Assembly (NCBI GenBank): GCA_938084645.1
Contig: CALKEP010000022.1
Span: 76,176-140,175, forward strand
DNA from: an uncultured Phycisphaerales bacterium
GTDB taxonomy: Bacteria; Planctomycetota; Phycisphaerae; Phycisphaerales; SM1A02
Direction: 5' to 3'
Length of the DNA: 64,000 bases
Each line of letters starts with the position of its first letter. Position 1 is the stretch's first letter. This document shows, piece after piece, positions 37,901 through 47,389 of the stretch. The position numbers and the translations under genes were made by a program. The notes beneath the pieces are model-generated. The model saw only the letters and a program-made list of their open reading frames with translations. It searched no databases and was not told where the DNA came from.

Positions 37901-38773
37901 ATGAAGATGCCCCTTCCGAAACCACCCTGCGCTCGTGCCGCATCGATCGCGCTGATGCTCCTCGTCGTCTTCGTCTCGCATGGGAAGGCCACGGCGCAGC
38001 TCGACACGAACTTCGAGCCCCGGACCTTCGCGGGCTCGCCCACGCTGGCCCGTGCCGTCGCGCAGCCGGCGAAGGAGGGTGGGCCGGTGCTGTTCCGCAA
38101 CTACCGGTTCGACTCCGACGGCGTGCTGACGGCGATCGAACAGGGCACCGATGCGATGGGAACGACTCTGGAGGTCTCGTTCGAGTCGGACTCGGAGGGC
38201 CGGCCGGTGCGAATGACCACGGTGTTCATGGGAAACACGGGCTGGATCGAGACCTTCGAATACGACGATGACGGGCGACTCGTCGAGTGGACGAAGACCA
38301 ACCCGCGGGCGAACACGGTGATCGAGTCCCGTCGGCACGTCCATGACGAGGACGGACGGCGGATCCGCACGGTGTCGACCCGGGCGGGGCGACCGTCCGA
38401 GGACACCGATCGGACCTTCAACGAGGCCGGCAAGGTCGTACTCGAGCGGACCACCTCCGAGGGCAAGATCGTCCGGGAGGAGGTCTTCGACTACGACGCG
38501 CGTGGATGTCTGGTCGGGACCAACGTCACCATGTCGAAGGGACGGCAATCGTCACGTCGATGGGAACGAGGGCCGGATTGTCGAAGCGTCCGGGAGACCG
38601 TTCGATCCTTCGCGGGCAAGACGACCGTCATCGAAACGACCTTCGACGACAAGGGCAATCCGGTCAGCGAGACCACGCTGCGTGAGGGCGCGACTCGCCC
38701 CGGCGTGATCACCTGGAGCTTCGAGTATCCCGCGGTGGCCGTTCCCGAGCGTGGGGAATCGGAAGGGCCGTGA
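37901..38773 (+). CDS. Secreted protein with YD-like repeats
   Basis: Signal peptide; FDSDG, YDDDGRL, HDEDGRR, FNEAGK, YDARG, FDDKGN. Confidence 0.75.
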   Translation: MKMPLPKPPCARAASIALMLLVVFVSHGKATAQLDTNFEPRTFAGSPTLARAVAQPAKEGGPVLFRNYRFDSDGVLTAIEQGTDAMGTTLEVSFESDSEGRPVRMTTVFMGNTGWIETFEYDDDGRLVEWTKTNPRANTVIESRRHVHDEDGRRIRTVSTRAGRPSEDTDRTFNEAGKVVLERTTSEGKIVREEVFDYDARGCLVGTNVTMSKGRQSSRRWERGPDCRSVRETVRSFAGKTTVIETTFDDKGNPVSETTLREGATRPGVITWSFEYPAVAVPERGESEGP

Positions 38774-38918
38774 GCCTGCTCGCCACCATCAGGAATCACC
38801 GCGCGGGGGGAGATCGGGTGGATACCATCTCCTCGTCGACGTCAACCATCCGGTGGCCGGTCCTGTCCTGACGGGAACGGCCACGCATCCTGACTTTCAA
38901 GGACTGGACGAATCCCTC

Positions 38919-39362
38919 ATGTTCCGACTCCGGCGATCCCATCTCTCCACGCTCGTGCTGATCTCGAGCGCGGCCGCGCTTTCGGCGTGTGCTTCGAATT
39001 CCGCGTCCCGGGGAGCCGATTCCGTGGAGGCGATCCATCCCGACGCGGTGACGGAGATCTCGATCAACGTCGGCAGTTCGGTCGCCCTGATGCTTCCGGG
39101 CAACGCAGGCACGGGCTACGAATGGGTGCTCGCGGGCGATCTCCCCGGGTTCCTTCGTCAGCGCGGCGTCTCCGAGTTCGTGGCGAAGGATATCTCCAAG
39201 GTGGGTTCGCAAGGCGACACCAGATTCGTCTTCGAGGCGATGGAGACCGGGGAGGGGGCGATCCGGTTCCACTACCTCCGTTCGTGGAAGCAGGACGCGA
39301 AGCCGGCGCGATGGGCCGAGGCCGACATCACCGCCATCGTCGCGAAGTCCGGCGGCGGTTGA
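38919..39362 (+). CDS. Chagasin-family (I42) cysteine-protease inhibitor lipoprotein
   Basis: LSAC lipobox; GNAGTGYEW, VGSQG, YLRSW loops. Confidence 0.85.
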   Translation: MFRLRRSHLSTLVLISSAAALSACASNSASRGADSVEAIHPDAVTEISINVGSSVALMLPGNAGTGYEWVLAGDLPGFLRQRGVSEFVAKDISKVGSQGDTRFVFEAMETGEGAIRFHYLRSWKQDAKPARWAEADITAIVAKSGGG

Positions 39363-39415
39363 TCGGCCGCATCGTCGGCCCGGCATGGGCGCCGTCCAGC
39401 TCCCACAAAGTTGAA

Positions 39416-39718
39416 ATGAAAGTCCCCCGTCGCGTCTTCTCCGTGGACGGCGGTTCGGGATGGCTCGCCGCGCGATCGGATCAAAACGGGATCGGAGGCG
39501 ACATGCACCTGTTCGACATGCTGGGAATCGAAGTCGAGGGGCCCGAGGGCCCGGTTCAGGTCGAGGCGACCTTCGCGGCACTGCCTCCGAATCACGGTGG
39601 TCCGACGATCTGCACGCGGGAGCGATTTCTTGGAGAGGTTCGTGATCGGGCGGGCCGTCGATGGCATGCCATGATCGAGGACCGCCACGCCCGGTTCCTC
39701 GGCCCGGCCGACGAATGA
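39416..39718 (+). CDS. Small hypothetical protein
   Basis: 100-aa ORF filling the gap with plausible codon use. Confidence 0.5.
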   Translation: MKVPRRVFSVDGGSGWLAARSDQNGIGGDMHLFDMLGIEVEGPEGPVQVEATFAALPPNHGGPTICTRERFLGEVRDRAGRRWHAMIEDRHARFLGPADE

Positions 39719-39736
39719 TCCCGACGCCCGCGTCGA

Positions 39737-40240
39737 TCAGGGCGGTGTCACCACCGGGGCCGAGCCGCCGTGACGATGCACCAGCAGCCCGCCCTCATGG
39801 GCGGTGAGCCCGATCAGCCCCGCGTTCAGGAACACGAACGCGGCCGACGCGATTCCAAGACCGAGGCGGAACCGGCGCCTCGGAACGAGCGTCATGGCGA
39901 CGAGGCCGGCGTTGGCGGCGAGGAGGATCGGAATGATCTCTCCGCGACTCGCATGATCGGCCAGGACGTCGCGGGCCACGTCGGTACGGAGTCTGGTTTC
40001 CACGATCGGTTCCGCGGCTTCACCGGCTTCCCCCGCCTGCCACGCCACGACCGCGGTTGCGAAGAGCACGATCGCGAGCACCAGCCGGTAGGTGACGGCC
40101 GGACGTCCCGGAATCCCACAGAGGGCGAGCACGAACGGGACTGCGAGGACCGAGATCGCGATCGGGAAGTGCACGAGCATCGCGTGACGGGTCACGGGGT
40201 CTGCAAAGGACTGGCGAAGGCTCTCGAGAAGGTCCGACAT
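39737..40240 (-). CDS. DUF2231-like membrane protein
   Basis: HAMLVHFPIA, GEAAE, DHASRG, AHEGGLLVHRHG; four TM helices. Confidence 0.8.
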   Translation of the reverse strand: MSDLLESLRQSFADPVTRHAMLVHFPIAISVLAVPFVLALCGIPGRPAVTYRLVLAIVLFATAVVAWQAGEAGEAAEPIVETRLRTDVARDVLADHASRGEIIPILLAANAGLVAMTLVPRRRFRLGLGIASAAFVFLNAGLIGLTAHEGGLLVHRHGGSAPVVTPP

Positions 40241-40297
40241 CGTGTGCGGTTCCGAAGGGTGTAGGCTGGGAGCCGGATTGGTGTTCCGAGCCCCTCG

Positions 40298-41371
40298 ATG
40301 GAGCCTACCACCGTGAATCGATGCATCGCACACCGGTTTCTCCTGAGGCTCGGTCTCGTGTTGGTCGTCGGCGGATCCGCCGACGCGGTCGACGAGCCTT
40401 CGCCCGAGCGCCCCTTCGTCTTCGAGCGGGCGGTGTGGCACGGGGTGGATGACGCACCGTGGTCCATCGACGCGGCGGCGTTCGACGGTACGCCGGATCG
40501 CTCCGAGGTCGTGACGAGTCCGGTGGGGTTCGTCGACGCTGGTGACGGGTCGCGGCAGCGTCTGCGTGGCTGGATCGAGGCGCCTCGAACCGGGGCCTAT
40601 CGATTCTCGATCGCGTCGGACGATGACGGGGTCCTGCTGCTTTCGACCTCGGAGGACCCGGCGAACGGGCGTCCCATCGCTTCGGTCCGTGGTTTCACGG
40701 GGCGGGACGAGTTCGATCGGCAGCCCACGCAGACCTCTCGTCCGATCGTGCTCATCAAGGGGCGGCGGTACCACCTCGAGGCACGCCAGCGGAACGTCGA
40801 CGGCACGGGGCATCTCTCCGTGGCGTGGCAGGTTCCGGGGGGGCCTTCGGGCATCCACGTCCCGATCGGGATGCGTCTGGAGCCCGCGTTTCGACTGGAG
40901 GTCTGGAATGGGGTCGCTCGTGGCGAGCCGTATCCACTCGAGGTGCTTCAAACCCCTCCGAGCCGGGTCGAAGATCTCTATTCGATGTATTCCGCGGATG
41001 TCGGGACGAACGTCGCCACCCGGCTCCGGGGTCGATTCAGGGCTCCTGCATCCGGCCCGTACCGCTTTCAGGTCACGGCGGACGATCTCGCGACCCTCCG
41101 AATGAGACGGTCGGGCGAGTCCGGGGAATGGCGGTCGATCGCGGGCCTTTCCAGCTGGACGCCACCCGATGTCTGGACCGGCCGGACCGGCCAGGTGTCC
41201 GAGCCGGTGGAGCTGGCGGAGGGTGAAGTCGTCGAGCTGGAGGTGCTTCACTGGCAGGGAGCCGGTCCGGGGCACGTCGGTGTCGGGGTGAGCGGACCGA
41301 ATGGCCTCGATTCCCGGCCCCTCCGCGCCGTCTCGATTCCGGATCGAAAGGGAGAATCCGAAACCCAGTGA
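40298..41371 (+). CDS. Secreted tandem PA14-domain protein
   Basis: RLRGWIEAPRTGAYRFSIASDD and RLRGRFRAPASGPYRFQVTADD. Confidence 0.85.
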   Translation: MEPTTVNRCIAHRFLLRLGLVLVVGGSADAVDEPSPERPFVFERAVWHGVDDAPWSIDAAAFDGTPDRSEVVTSPVGFVDAGDGSRQRLRGWIEAPRTGAYRFSIASDDDGVLLLSTSEDPANGRPIASVRGFTGRDEFDRQPTQTSRPIVLIKGRRYHLEARQRNVDGTGHLSVAWQVPGGPSGIHVPIGMRLEPAFRLEVWNGVARGEPYPLEVLQTPPSRVEDLYSMYSADVGTNVATRLRGRFRAPASGPYRFQVTADDLATLRMRRSGESGEWRSIAGLSSWTPPDVWTGRTGQVSEPVELAEGEVVELEVLHWQGAGPGHVGVGVSGPNGLDSRPLRAVSIPDRKGESETQ

Positions 41372-41540
41372 ACCGGCGAACACGGCAACGAGTACCACCG
41401 AATCGCAGGAGCAACCCCGCTTCCGGTCACCGGTAGCGTTGGAAGCCCCTATTCTGTCATCACCAGGTCCGTCGATGCCTCTGAACGGTGTATGCATCTG
41501 CGGTCGAAATCAAGCTCCAAACCGTCCGGAGACCCGAATC

Positions 41541-44312
41541 ATGGTCCGATCCAGAGCCCTTCTTCTCGCCGGGGTGACCGGCCTGACGTCCATCGTCGCC
41601 GCCATGCCGGCGACTGCGATGCAGGCCCCTCCGGGTGCCCGCGCGACCCAGGACTTTCCGCCGTTCGAGAAGATCTCGGAAGGCTTCACGGAAGTGGCCC
41701 CGGCCGACGGCGCCCGAGGCATGTACCGGGTCTGGGTGAACAAGAAGACCCAGCGAACGCTCGCCGAGCTGCCCCGGAACTTCGAGAAGCAGGACCTCTT
41801 CATGGCTTGGACGGTCGCGTCCGGCGTGCAGACGTCCGCGGTCCAGACCGGCGACCAGTACGCCCGTTGGAAGCGATTCGGAAAGCGGCTCGCCCTCGTC
41901 GAGCCGAACTACGCGGTGATCTCCTCCGGTGACAAGCAGAGCAAGGACGCGACGCAGCGGGTCTTCACCGACCGCGTGATTCTCGAAGTCCCGATTCTCA
42001 CGATGGGGCCCGGTGGCGGTCCGGTGATCGACCTGAACAGCCTCTTCGTGAATCAGGCGACCAGCTTCTTCGGTCGCGTCGCCGCGGGTGCCAACTCCAG
42101 GCTCGCGACGGTCGAGAAGGCGAAGACCTTCCCGGGCAACGTCGAGCTCTGCTACCAGATGCCCCTCAGCAGCGGTCGATTCGCGAAGCTCTACTACTCG
42201 ATCGCGTTGATTCCCTCCAACACCGGCTATCGCCCCCGGGAGGCGGACGATCGCGTCGGCTACTTCACGACCAGCATCCAGGACCTGGGCGACCCGGCCG
42301 CGGACACCCCGTGGAAGCGATACGTCAATCGCTGGCATCTGGAGAAGGCGGACCCCAGTCTCAAGATGAGCCCGCCCAAGAAGCCCATCGTCTTCTACGT
42401 CGAGCACACCGTGCCGGTGCGCTATCGTCGCTGGGTCCGCGACGGCATTCTCGAGTGGAACAAGGCCTTCGAGGAGATCGGCATCGTCAACGCGGTCGAG
42501 GTCTACCAGCAGGACAAGCTGACCGGGGCCCACATGGACAAGGACCCCGAGGACGCGCGATACAACTTCATGGTCTGGACCAACGCGAACATGGGCTTCG
42601 CGATCGGACCCAGCCGGGTCCATCCCAAGACCGGTCAGATTCTCGACGCCGACATCGTCATGGATGAAGGCTTCGTCAGCTCCTGGGTCGACGGCTGGCA
42701 GCGCCAGATCCCCCATGCGGCGATGGAGAGCCTCGGCGCCGAGACGGTGGAGTGGCTGATCGACAATCCTGAATTCGATCCGCGGGTGATCCTCGCGGCC
42801 CCGCAGGATCGCGAGCAGGTGGCGACCGACATCGCGGCTCGTTACGAGGAACTCCGAGGCAAGGGCCTGCGAGCCATGCACCCGAGTCTCGACGGTCCCG
42901 GAAAGCTCGTCGCGGGCGCCGGCCCCGAAGGGCACGCCGTCGAAAGCGACGCTCACGCCTGCACGGCGTGCCAGAACGCGATGCGGAAGTCGATGGACGT
43001 CGCCTTCATGCGGATGAACGCCGAGCTGCTCGGTCTTTCGGACACGACGGATCCGGACGGCCAGAAGCTCGACGGAATCCCCGAGGAGTTCATCGGTCCC
43101 CTCCTCAAGGAGGTGATCATGCACGAGGTCGGGCACACGCTCGGTCTTCGGCACAACTTCGTCGGCTCCGAACTCGTCTCCTACGAGGAGATGAACAGCG
43201 ATGGCTTCGATGGCCCCATCTCCTCGTCGGTGATGGACTACCTGCCGGTCAACATCGCATTCGGCGACGAGGTGGTGCAGGGACCGTGGACCACCACCAC
43301 GCTCGGGCCCTACGACATGTGGGCGATCGCCTACGGGTACACCCCCGGCAAGACGGACGAGGTCCTCGCGCGTTGCGGTGAGCCCGCACTGCGGTACCTG
43401 ACCGACGAGGACACCCAGGGGCCCGACCCCATGGCTCGTCGCTTCGACCATGCCCAGAACCCGCTCGACTACGTCGATGCCCAGCTCGCGATCGTCGAGG
43501 AACTTCGTGGCCGGATCATCGATGAGATGGTCGACGACGGCGAAGGCTGGTCCAAGGCCCGGGCCGGGTATCTCATGACCCTCTCGAAGCATCTCGGCGC
43601 GGTGAGCATCGCCGGAAACTGGATCGGCGGAAGCACCATCAACCGCGTCAAGAAGGGTGCGGAGATCGACCCGATCACCGACATCCCGGCCGATCAGCAG
43701 CGGCGGGCGCTGGCGGTCGTGCTCGATGCGACCACGCCCGACGCGGCCTACGGTCTGACTCCGGAACTGCTCCGGAAGATGACGGTCGAGAAGTGGTTCG
43801 ACGGCGGTGGCATGAGAGCGGCGGCGATGGATCCCACCTTCGACGTCCACAACCGAATCGGCAGCGTCCAGAACACGGCGCTGACGCTGGTCCTCAATCC
43901 CACCACGCTGAACCGGATGTACGACAACGAGTTCCGGGCGGTCGAGGGTGAGGACGTGCTCACCATTCCGGAGACCATGGCGAGTGTGAAGGCCGCGGTC
44001 TGGACCGAGCTGGACGCTCGCCCGAACGGGAACCGCAGCAACACCGACGCGTACATCTCCAGTCTTCGTCGCAACCTCCAGCGTGCCCATCTTGAACGAC
44101 TGGTGGCCCTCTCCGGCGGAAGTCCTCGCTTCGGTCCCTCCGAGGGCGCCGTCGCGAGTCTCTCTCGACAGCAGCTTCGCGAGCTCGACGAGCAGATCGG
44201 CGAAGTGCTGAGTCGGGACGGAAGCCGGCTCGACGCCTATTCACGAGCTCACCTCGCGGATGCCAAGGCGATCATCGATCGGGTCTTGAACGCGGATTAC
44301 GTCTACAACTGA
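41541..44312 (+). CDS. Zinc-dependent metalloprotease (DUF5117/DUF4953 metzincin)
   Basis: DDRVGYF, RWHLEK, PKTGQILDADI, HEVGHTLGLRHNF, SVMDY Met-turn, GPYDMWAI. Confidence 0.92.
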   Translation: MVRSRALLLAGVTGLTSIVAAMPATAMQAPPGARATQDFPPFEKISEGFTEVAPADGARGMYRVWVNKKTQRTLAELPRNFEKQDLFMAWTVASGVQTSAVQTGDQYARWKRFGKRLALVEPNYAVISSGDKQSKDATQRVFTDRVILEVPILTMGPGGGPVIDLNSLFVNQATSFFGRVAAGANSRLATVEKAKTFPGNVELCYQMPLSSGRFAKLYYSIALIPSNTGYRPREADDRVGYFTTSIQDLGDPAADTPWKRYVNRWHLEKADPSLKMSPPKKPIVFYVEHTVPVRYRRWVRDGILEWNKAFEEIGIVNAVEVYQQDKLTGAHMDKDPEDARYNFMVWTNANMGFAIGPSRVHPKTGQILDADIVMDEGFVSSWVDGWQRQIPHAAMESLGAETVEWLIDNPEFDPRVILAAPQDREQVATDIAARYEELRGKGLRAMHPSLDGPGKLVAGAGPEGHAVESDAHACTACQNAMRKSMDVAFMRMNAELLGLSDTTDPDGQKLDGIPEEFIGPLLKEVIMHEVGHTLGLRHNFVGSELVSYEEMNSDGFDGPISSSVMDYLPVNIAFGDEVVQGPWTTTTLGPYDMWAIAYGYTPGKTDEVLARCGEPALRYLTDEDTQGPDPMARRFDHAQNPLDYVDAQLAIVEELRGRIIDEMVDDGEGWSKARAGYLMTLSKHLGAVSIAGNWIGGSTINRVKKGAEIDPITDIPADQQRRALAVVLDATTPDAAYGLTPELLRKMTVEKWFDGGGMRAAAMDPTFDVHNRIGSVQNTALTLVLNPTTLNRMYDNEFRAVEGEDVLTIPETMASVKAAVWTELDARPNGNRSNTDAYISSLRRNLQRAHLERLVALSGGSPRFGPSEGAVASLSRQQLRELDEQIGEVLSRDGSRLDAYSRAHLADAKAIIDRVLNADYVYN

Positions 44313-44354
44313 TCCGTCGGGTCGTGCTCGAGCGATCCGGTTCGAAGAAACACG

Positions 44355-44386
44355 AGGAGGGCCGTCCACGGACGGCCCTCCTTTTT
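44355..44386 (+). terminator. Rho-independent terminator
   Basis: AGGAGGGCCGTC-cacg-GACGGCCCTCCT-TTTT. Confidence 0.85.
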
Positions 44387-44413
44387 CGTGCAACGACCGG
44401 ACCGGATCACGGT

Positions 44414-44848
44414 CTACTCGTCGGCCTTCGGGGCGTTGGCGTAGAACACCGCCTCGAAGTCGTACCACTTGATGGTCTTTTCGCCGAATGCGGGTCCGAA
44501 CGACTCGGTGCTTCCGACGCGTCCGCTGCCGGCCCGCATCTTCGCGGATTCGTTTCCAGCGGAGTAGCTCGGCGCGAATCTCCACCAGTACGATCCCGCG
44601 CCGACTTCGGCCGCGGCGGCGCGAGCTTCCTTGTCACCGGGAAGTTCGCCGATCTCCATCTTCTTCGAGAACCGGCTGGTACCGAGTCGGGGTGCGTTCG
44701 TCTTGGCCACGATTCGAACCGGATCGCCCGTGGACGTCTGGCGGGTTCCCACGTAGTTCTCGATGAACGGATTCACGCATCCGCCGAGGGCGAGGACCCC
44801 GGTCACGAGCAAGGATCGGACGATCGGTCGAAGGCTTGATGGCATCAC
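44414..44848 (-). CDS. Hypothetical lipoprotein
   Basis: LGGC lipobox followed by VNPF. Confidence 0.7.
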   Translation of the reverse strand: MMPSSLRPIVRSLLVTGVLALGGCVNPFIENYVGTRQTSTGDPVRIVAKTNAPRLGTSRFSKKMEIGELPGDKEARAAAAEVGAGSYWWRFAPSYSAGNESAKMRAGSGRVGSTESFGPAFGEKTIKWYDFEAVFYANAPKADE

Positions 44849-44916
44849 GAAATCCTGGGAGGCGAGGTCGGAGCGGATGGAATCGGCCGGTGATGCCGGA
44901 TCCGTCGGGATGGCGA

Positions 44917-45327
44917 TCAGTTCGCCGACTGAAGGATCCAGAACATCGCTCTCCGACGTTCCGGATCGACCGAGTCAGCGTACAGGATGGTGTTCAGACG
45001 GAGACGTTCCCCGTCGCACTTTTCCTGCATGGCCCGCCACGCCTCGACCTCCTCGGGCGTGGCGTCGCCCGCCGCCATCCGGCGATCGAGGTCGCCGAGG
45101 GCCGCTCGCATCTCGAGGTAGTCCGCCGCTTCCGCGCGAAAACCGGCGACCACCGGATCATCGTCCAGACTGACGGGTTCACCGAGGACGCCGACCCCGC
45201 CGTCCTCGGGTTCCACCGCCGGCATCTCGCCGCGATCGCAACCCGAAGCGAGCAGGATCGAGGCGAGCATCAGTCCGAGGGGTGGAAGTCCTCGTGGACC
45301 TGCTGAAGGTGTCATTGGTCGATTCAC
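44917..45327 (-). CDS. Hypothetical lipoprotein (helical)
   Basis: LASGC lipobox; GTGA overlap with the upstream gene. Confidence 0.65.
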   Translation of the reverse strand: MNRPMTPSAGPRGLPPLGLMLASILLASGCDRGEMPAVEPEDGGVGVLGEPVSLDDDPVVAGFRAEAADYLEMRAALGDLDRRMAAGDATPEEVEAWRAMQEKCDGERLRLNTILYADSVDPERRRAMFWILQSAN

Positions 45328-46130
45328 CAGCCGCCGTAGAGCGCGGCACTACCGGGGAAGAGTCGCTTGGACACCCAGTCCCAGTCCGGCCCCGGGTAGT
45401 AGATGTTGGTGAGCTGCGTCGGACTGTTGAAGGCGATTTCGATCGGCTCGGGGTGGGAGTAGCTCTTCCCGGCCCACTTGTGCCGCTCGACGTGCCCGTC
45501 GGCGAAGGCGAAGTTGAAGTACCCCGTGTCCCAGATCATGAGCTGGTCGATCCAGTCGGGGGTGTAGGGGTTGATGCCCCAGCCGTTGATGTTGTGTCCG
45601 CGGCGGTCATGCTCCGCGACCATCGAGATGGTGTCGGCGGGGCGGGGGATCCGGCTCCGGGTTCCGATCGACCACGAGGGTGGTCCGTTCCAGTCGCTCG
45701 TGCCTTCGCCGTCGGTGAAGAAGGCGCTGAGCGAATAGGTGCGAACGTAATCGGAACGGTCGAACGGGGACTTGTAGAGCCGGACGTCACCGACGTAGGG
45801 GAACATCCGGCCCTCGGTGAGCGCGTCCTCCCGCTCGGTGTTGCCGGGGCCCATGTTGTTGCCCACGGAACTCACCCAGTCCCACGCATGTCGATTGGTA
45901 TCCGGGGCGACGTATCGGCCGGCGTTGTCGGTCGCGTATCCGTCCCATGCGACCATCATCTGCCGCTGCTTCGACAGGCAGGTGAGACCTCTGGACGTCT
46001 GTTGGAGGGCGTTGGTCGCGTAGAGAACCAGGCTCACGAGGATCACGATCATGGCGATCACGACCAGGAGCTCCACGAGCGTGAAGCCCGGCCGACGGTG
46101 GTCGGTCGAGGATCGGTGTCGGTTCTTCAT
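45324..46130 (-). CDS. Prepilin-type N-terminal cleavage/methylation protein (H-X9-DG-like C-terminus)
   Basis: GFTLVELLVVIAMI, CLSKQRQM, NFAFADGHV. Confidence 0.9.
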   Translation of the reverse strand: MKNRHRSSTDHRRPGFTLVELLVVIAMIVILVSLVLYATNALQQTSRGLTCLSKQRQMMVAWDGYATDNAGRYVAPDTNRHAWDWVSSVGNNMGPGNTEREDALTEGRMFPYVGDVRLYKSPFDRSDYVRTYSLSAFFTDGEGTSDWNGPPSWSIGTRSRIPRPADTISMVAEHDRRGHNINGWGINPYTPDWIDQLMIWDTGYFNFAFADGHVERHKWAGKSYSHPEPIEIAFNSPTQLTNIYYPGPDWDWVSKRLFPGSAALYGGW

Positions 46131-46291
46131 GGTCTCACTCCAACTCGATTGCTCGAGGCGGTTGCGGCCCGCTCCAGAGAAATCCGGAGCAGCGTTTCAG
46201 TGAACACGATACCCCCGAAAGTCCATGGTGAACATGCGATCCACGGACATGAACCGAGAATCCGTGGTCGAGCCTCTCCCGGTCCCTCGAT

Positions 46292-47269
46292 TCAAGGCGA
46301 TCGTTTCGATGCTTCTTCGGGCCGCTGGTGCTTCCGGTAACCACCAAAACCCGCGTTGGTGAGACGCCAGTCCTCCGTCTCGTCGATCTTCACGCCGGTC
46401 GTTGGAATCTCGTCCTCCCGGCCCAGGGCCCAGAGCATTCCCTGCACGGCCAGTCTTCGGCAGTCGGCGGAACGAAAATCGTAGGGGTGGCCGAGCGTCG
46501 TGAAGAACACGCGTCCCGGGAGTTCGGATCCCTTCGGATTCTCGAGCGTCCACGCCACCGGGTTGGATGTGGGGAATCGATCGTGTCGTTCCTCGTGATA
46601 CGACTTGAGTGTGGTTCCAGTGGCCAGGCGGGTCGGATCACCGGCCAGTTCGTCGCCACCTCCTTCGACGTGGTAGAGCCACGAGTAGGCATCGAACGGA
46701 TCGACACCGCGGAGGATCGGATGGGTCGCCCCCGGATCGGGAACGACGTGGGTGAGGGGAGCCTTCCCGTCACCGAAATTCCCATGGTGGGTGATCCATC
46801 GCTGGCCGAAGACGCGCCGAGGCCAGGCCTCGTTCATCTCGACGTGCCGAGGGTCCTCCTTTGGATACCGGAAGGCATGCGTCGCGGTCCGGAACCCCAC
46901 GAGCGGCCGGCCCGAGGCGACGTACCGGCGGATCGGTTCCAGCTGCGCGTCCGGCAGCGTGCGGAATCGGATGAACATCACGACCAGATCCGCGTCCGCG
47001 AGGACGTCGAGCCCCGGGATGTTGGAGAGCGCTTCGGGATCGATCCGGCCCTCTTCATCGAGACTGTGGAGCACGGTCGTGCGCACGTCATGATCGCGGC
47101 CGAGGAGGGCGGCGAACCGAGGAAGCGATTCCTCGCTCCGGTACTCCTCGTCGCCGGAGATGAAGACCACGTGCGGGCGATCGTCGGCCGCCGGAGGTGT
47201 GGTCACGGGGGCTGGCGGATCGGCGTTGAGGATCGCGGCCCCGATCAAGAGGAGGGTCGTCGTTGTCAT
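46292..47269 (-). CDS. ThuA-like (class I glutamine amidotransferase fold) secreted protein
   Basis: GDEEYRSEE, GFRTATHAF, HPILRGV, GRVFFTTLGH. Confidence 0.85.
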   Translation of the reverse strand: MTTTTLLLIGAAILNADPPAPVTTPPAADDRPHVVFISGDEEYRSEESLPRFAALLGRDHDVRTTVLHSLDEEGRIDPEALSNIPGLDVLADADLVVMFIRFRTLPDAQLEPIRRYVASGRPLVGFRTATHAFRYPKEDPRHVEMNEAWPRRVFGQRWITHHGNFGDGKAPLTHVVPDPGATHPILRGVDPFDAYSWLYHVEGGGDELAGDPTRLATGTTLKSYHEERHDRFPTSNPVAWTLENPKGSELPGRVFFTTLGHPYDFRSADCRRLAVQGMLWALGREDEIPTTGVKIDETEDWRLTNAGFGGYRKHQRPEEASKRSP

Positions 47270-47389
47270 GATGAAAGCGTAACCGCTCCCGATTCGATCG
47301 CGTGCATCTCCGATGTTGTCTCCTCCGGTGGATCGTTAGGATGCCTTCCGGTCCCAGCATCCCTTCCTGTCGTCCGGCGGAGATCCAGC

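Noticed and set aside
42954..42974. HACTACQ in the metalloprotease as a heme c site
   Set aside because: CxxC is followed by Q, not H, so it is not a CxxCH motif.
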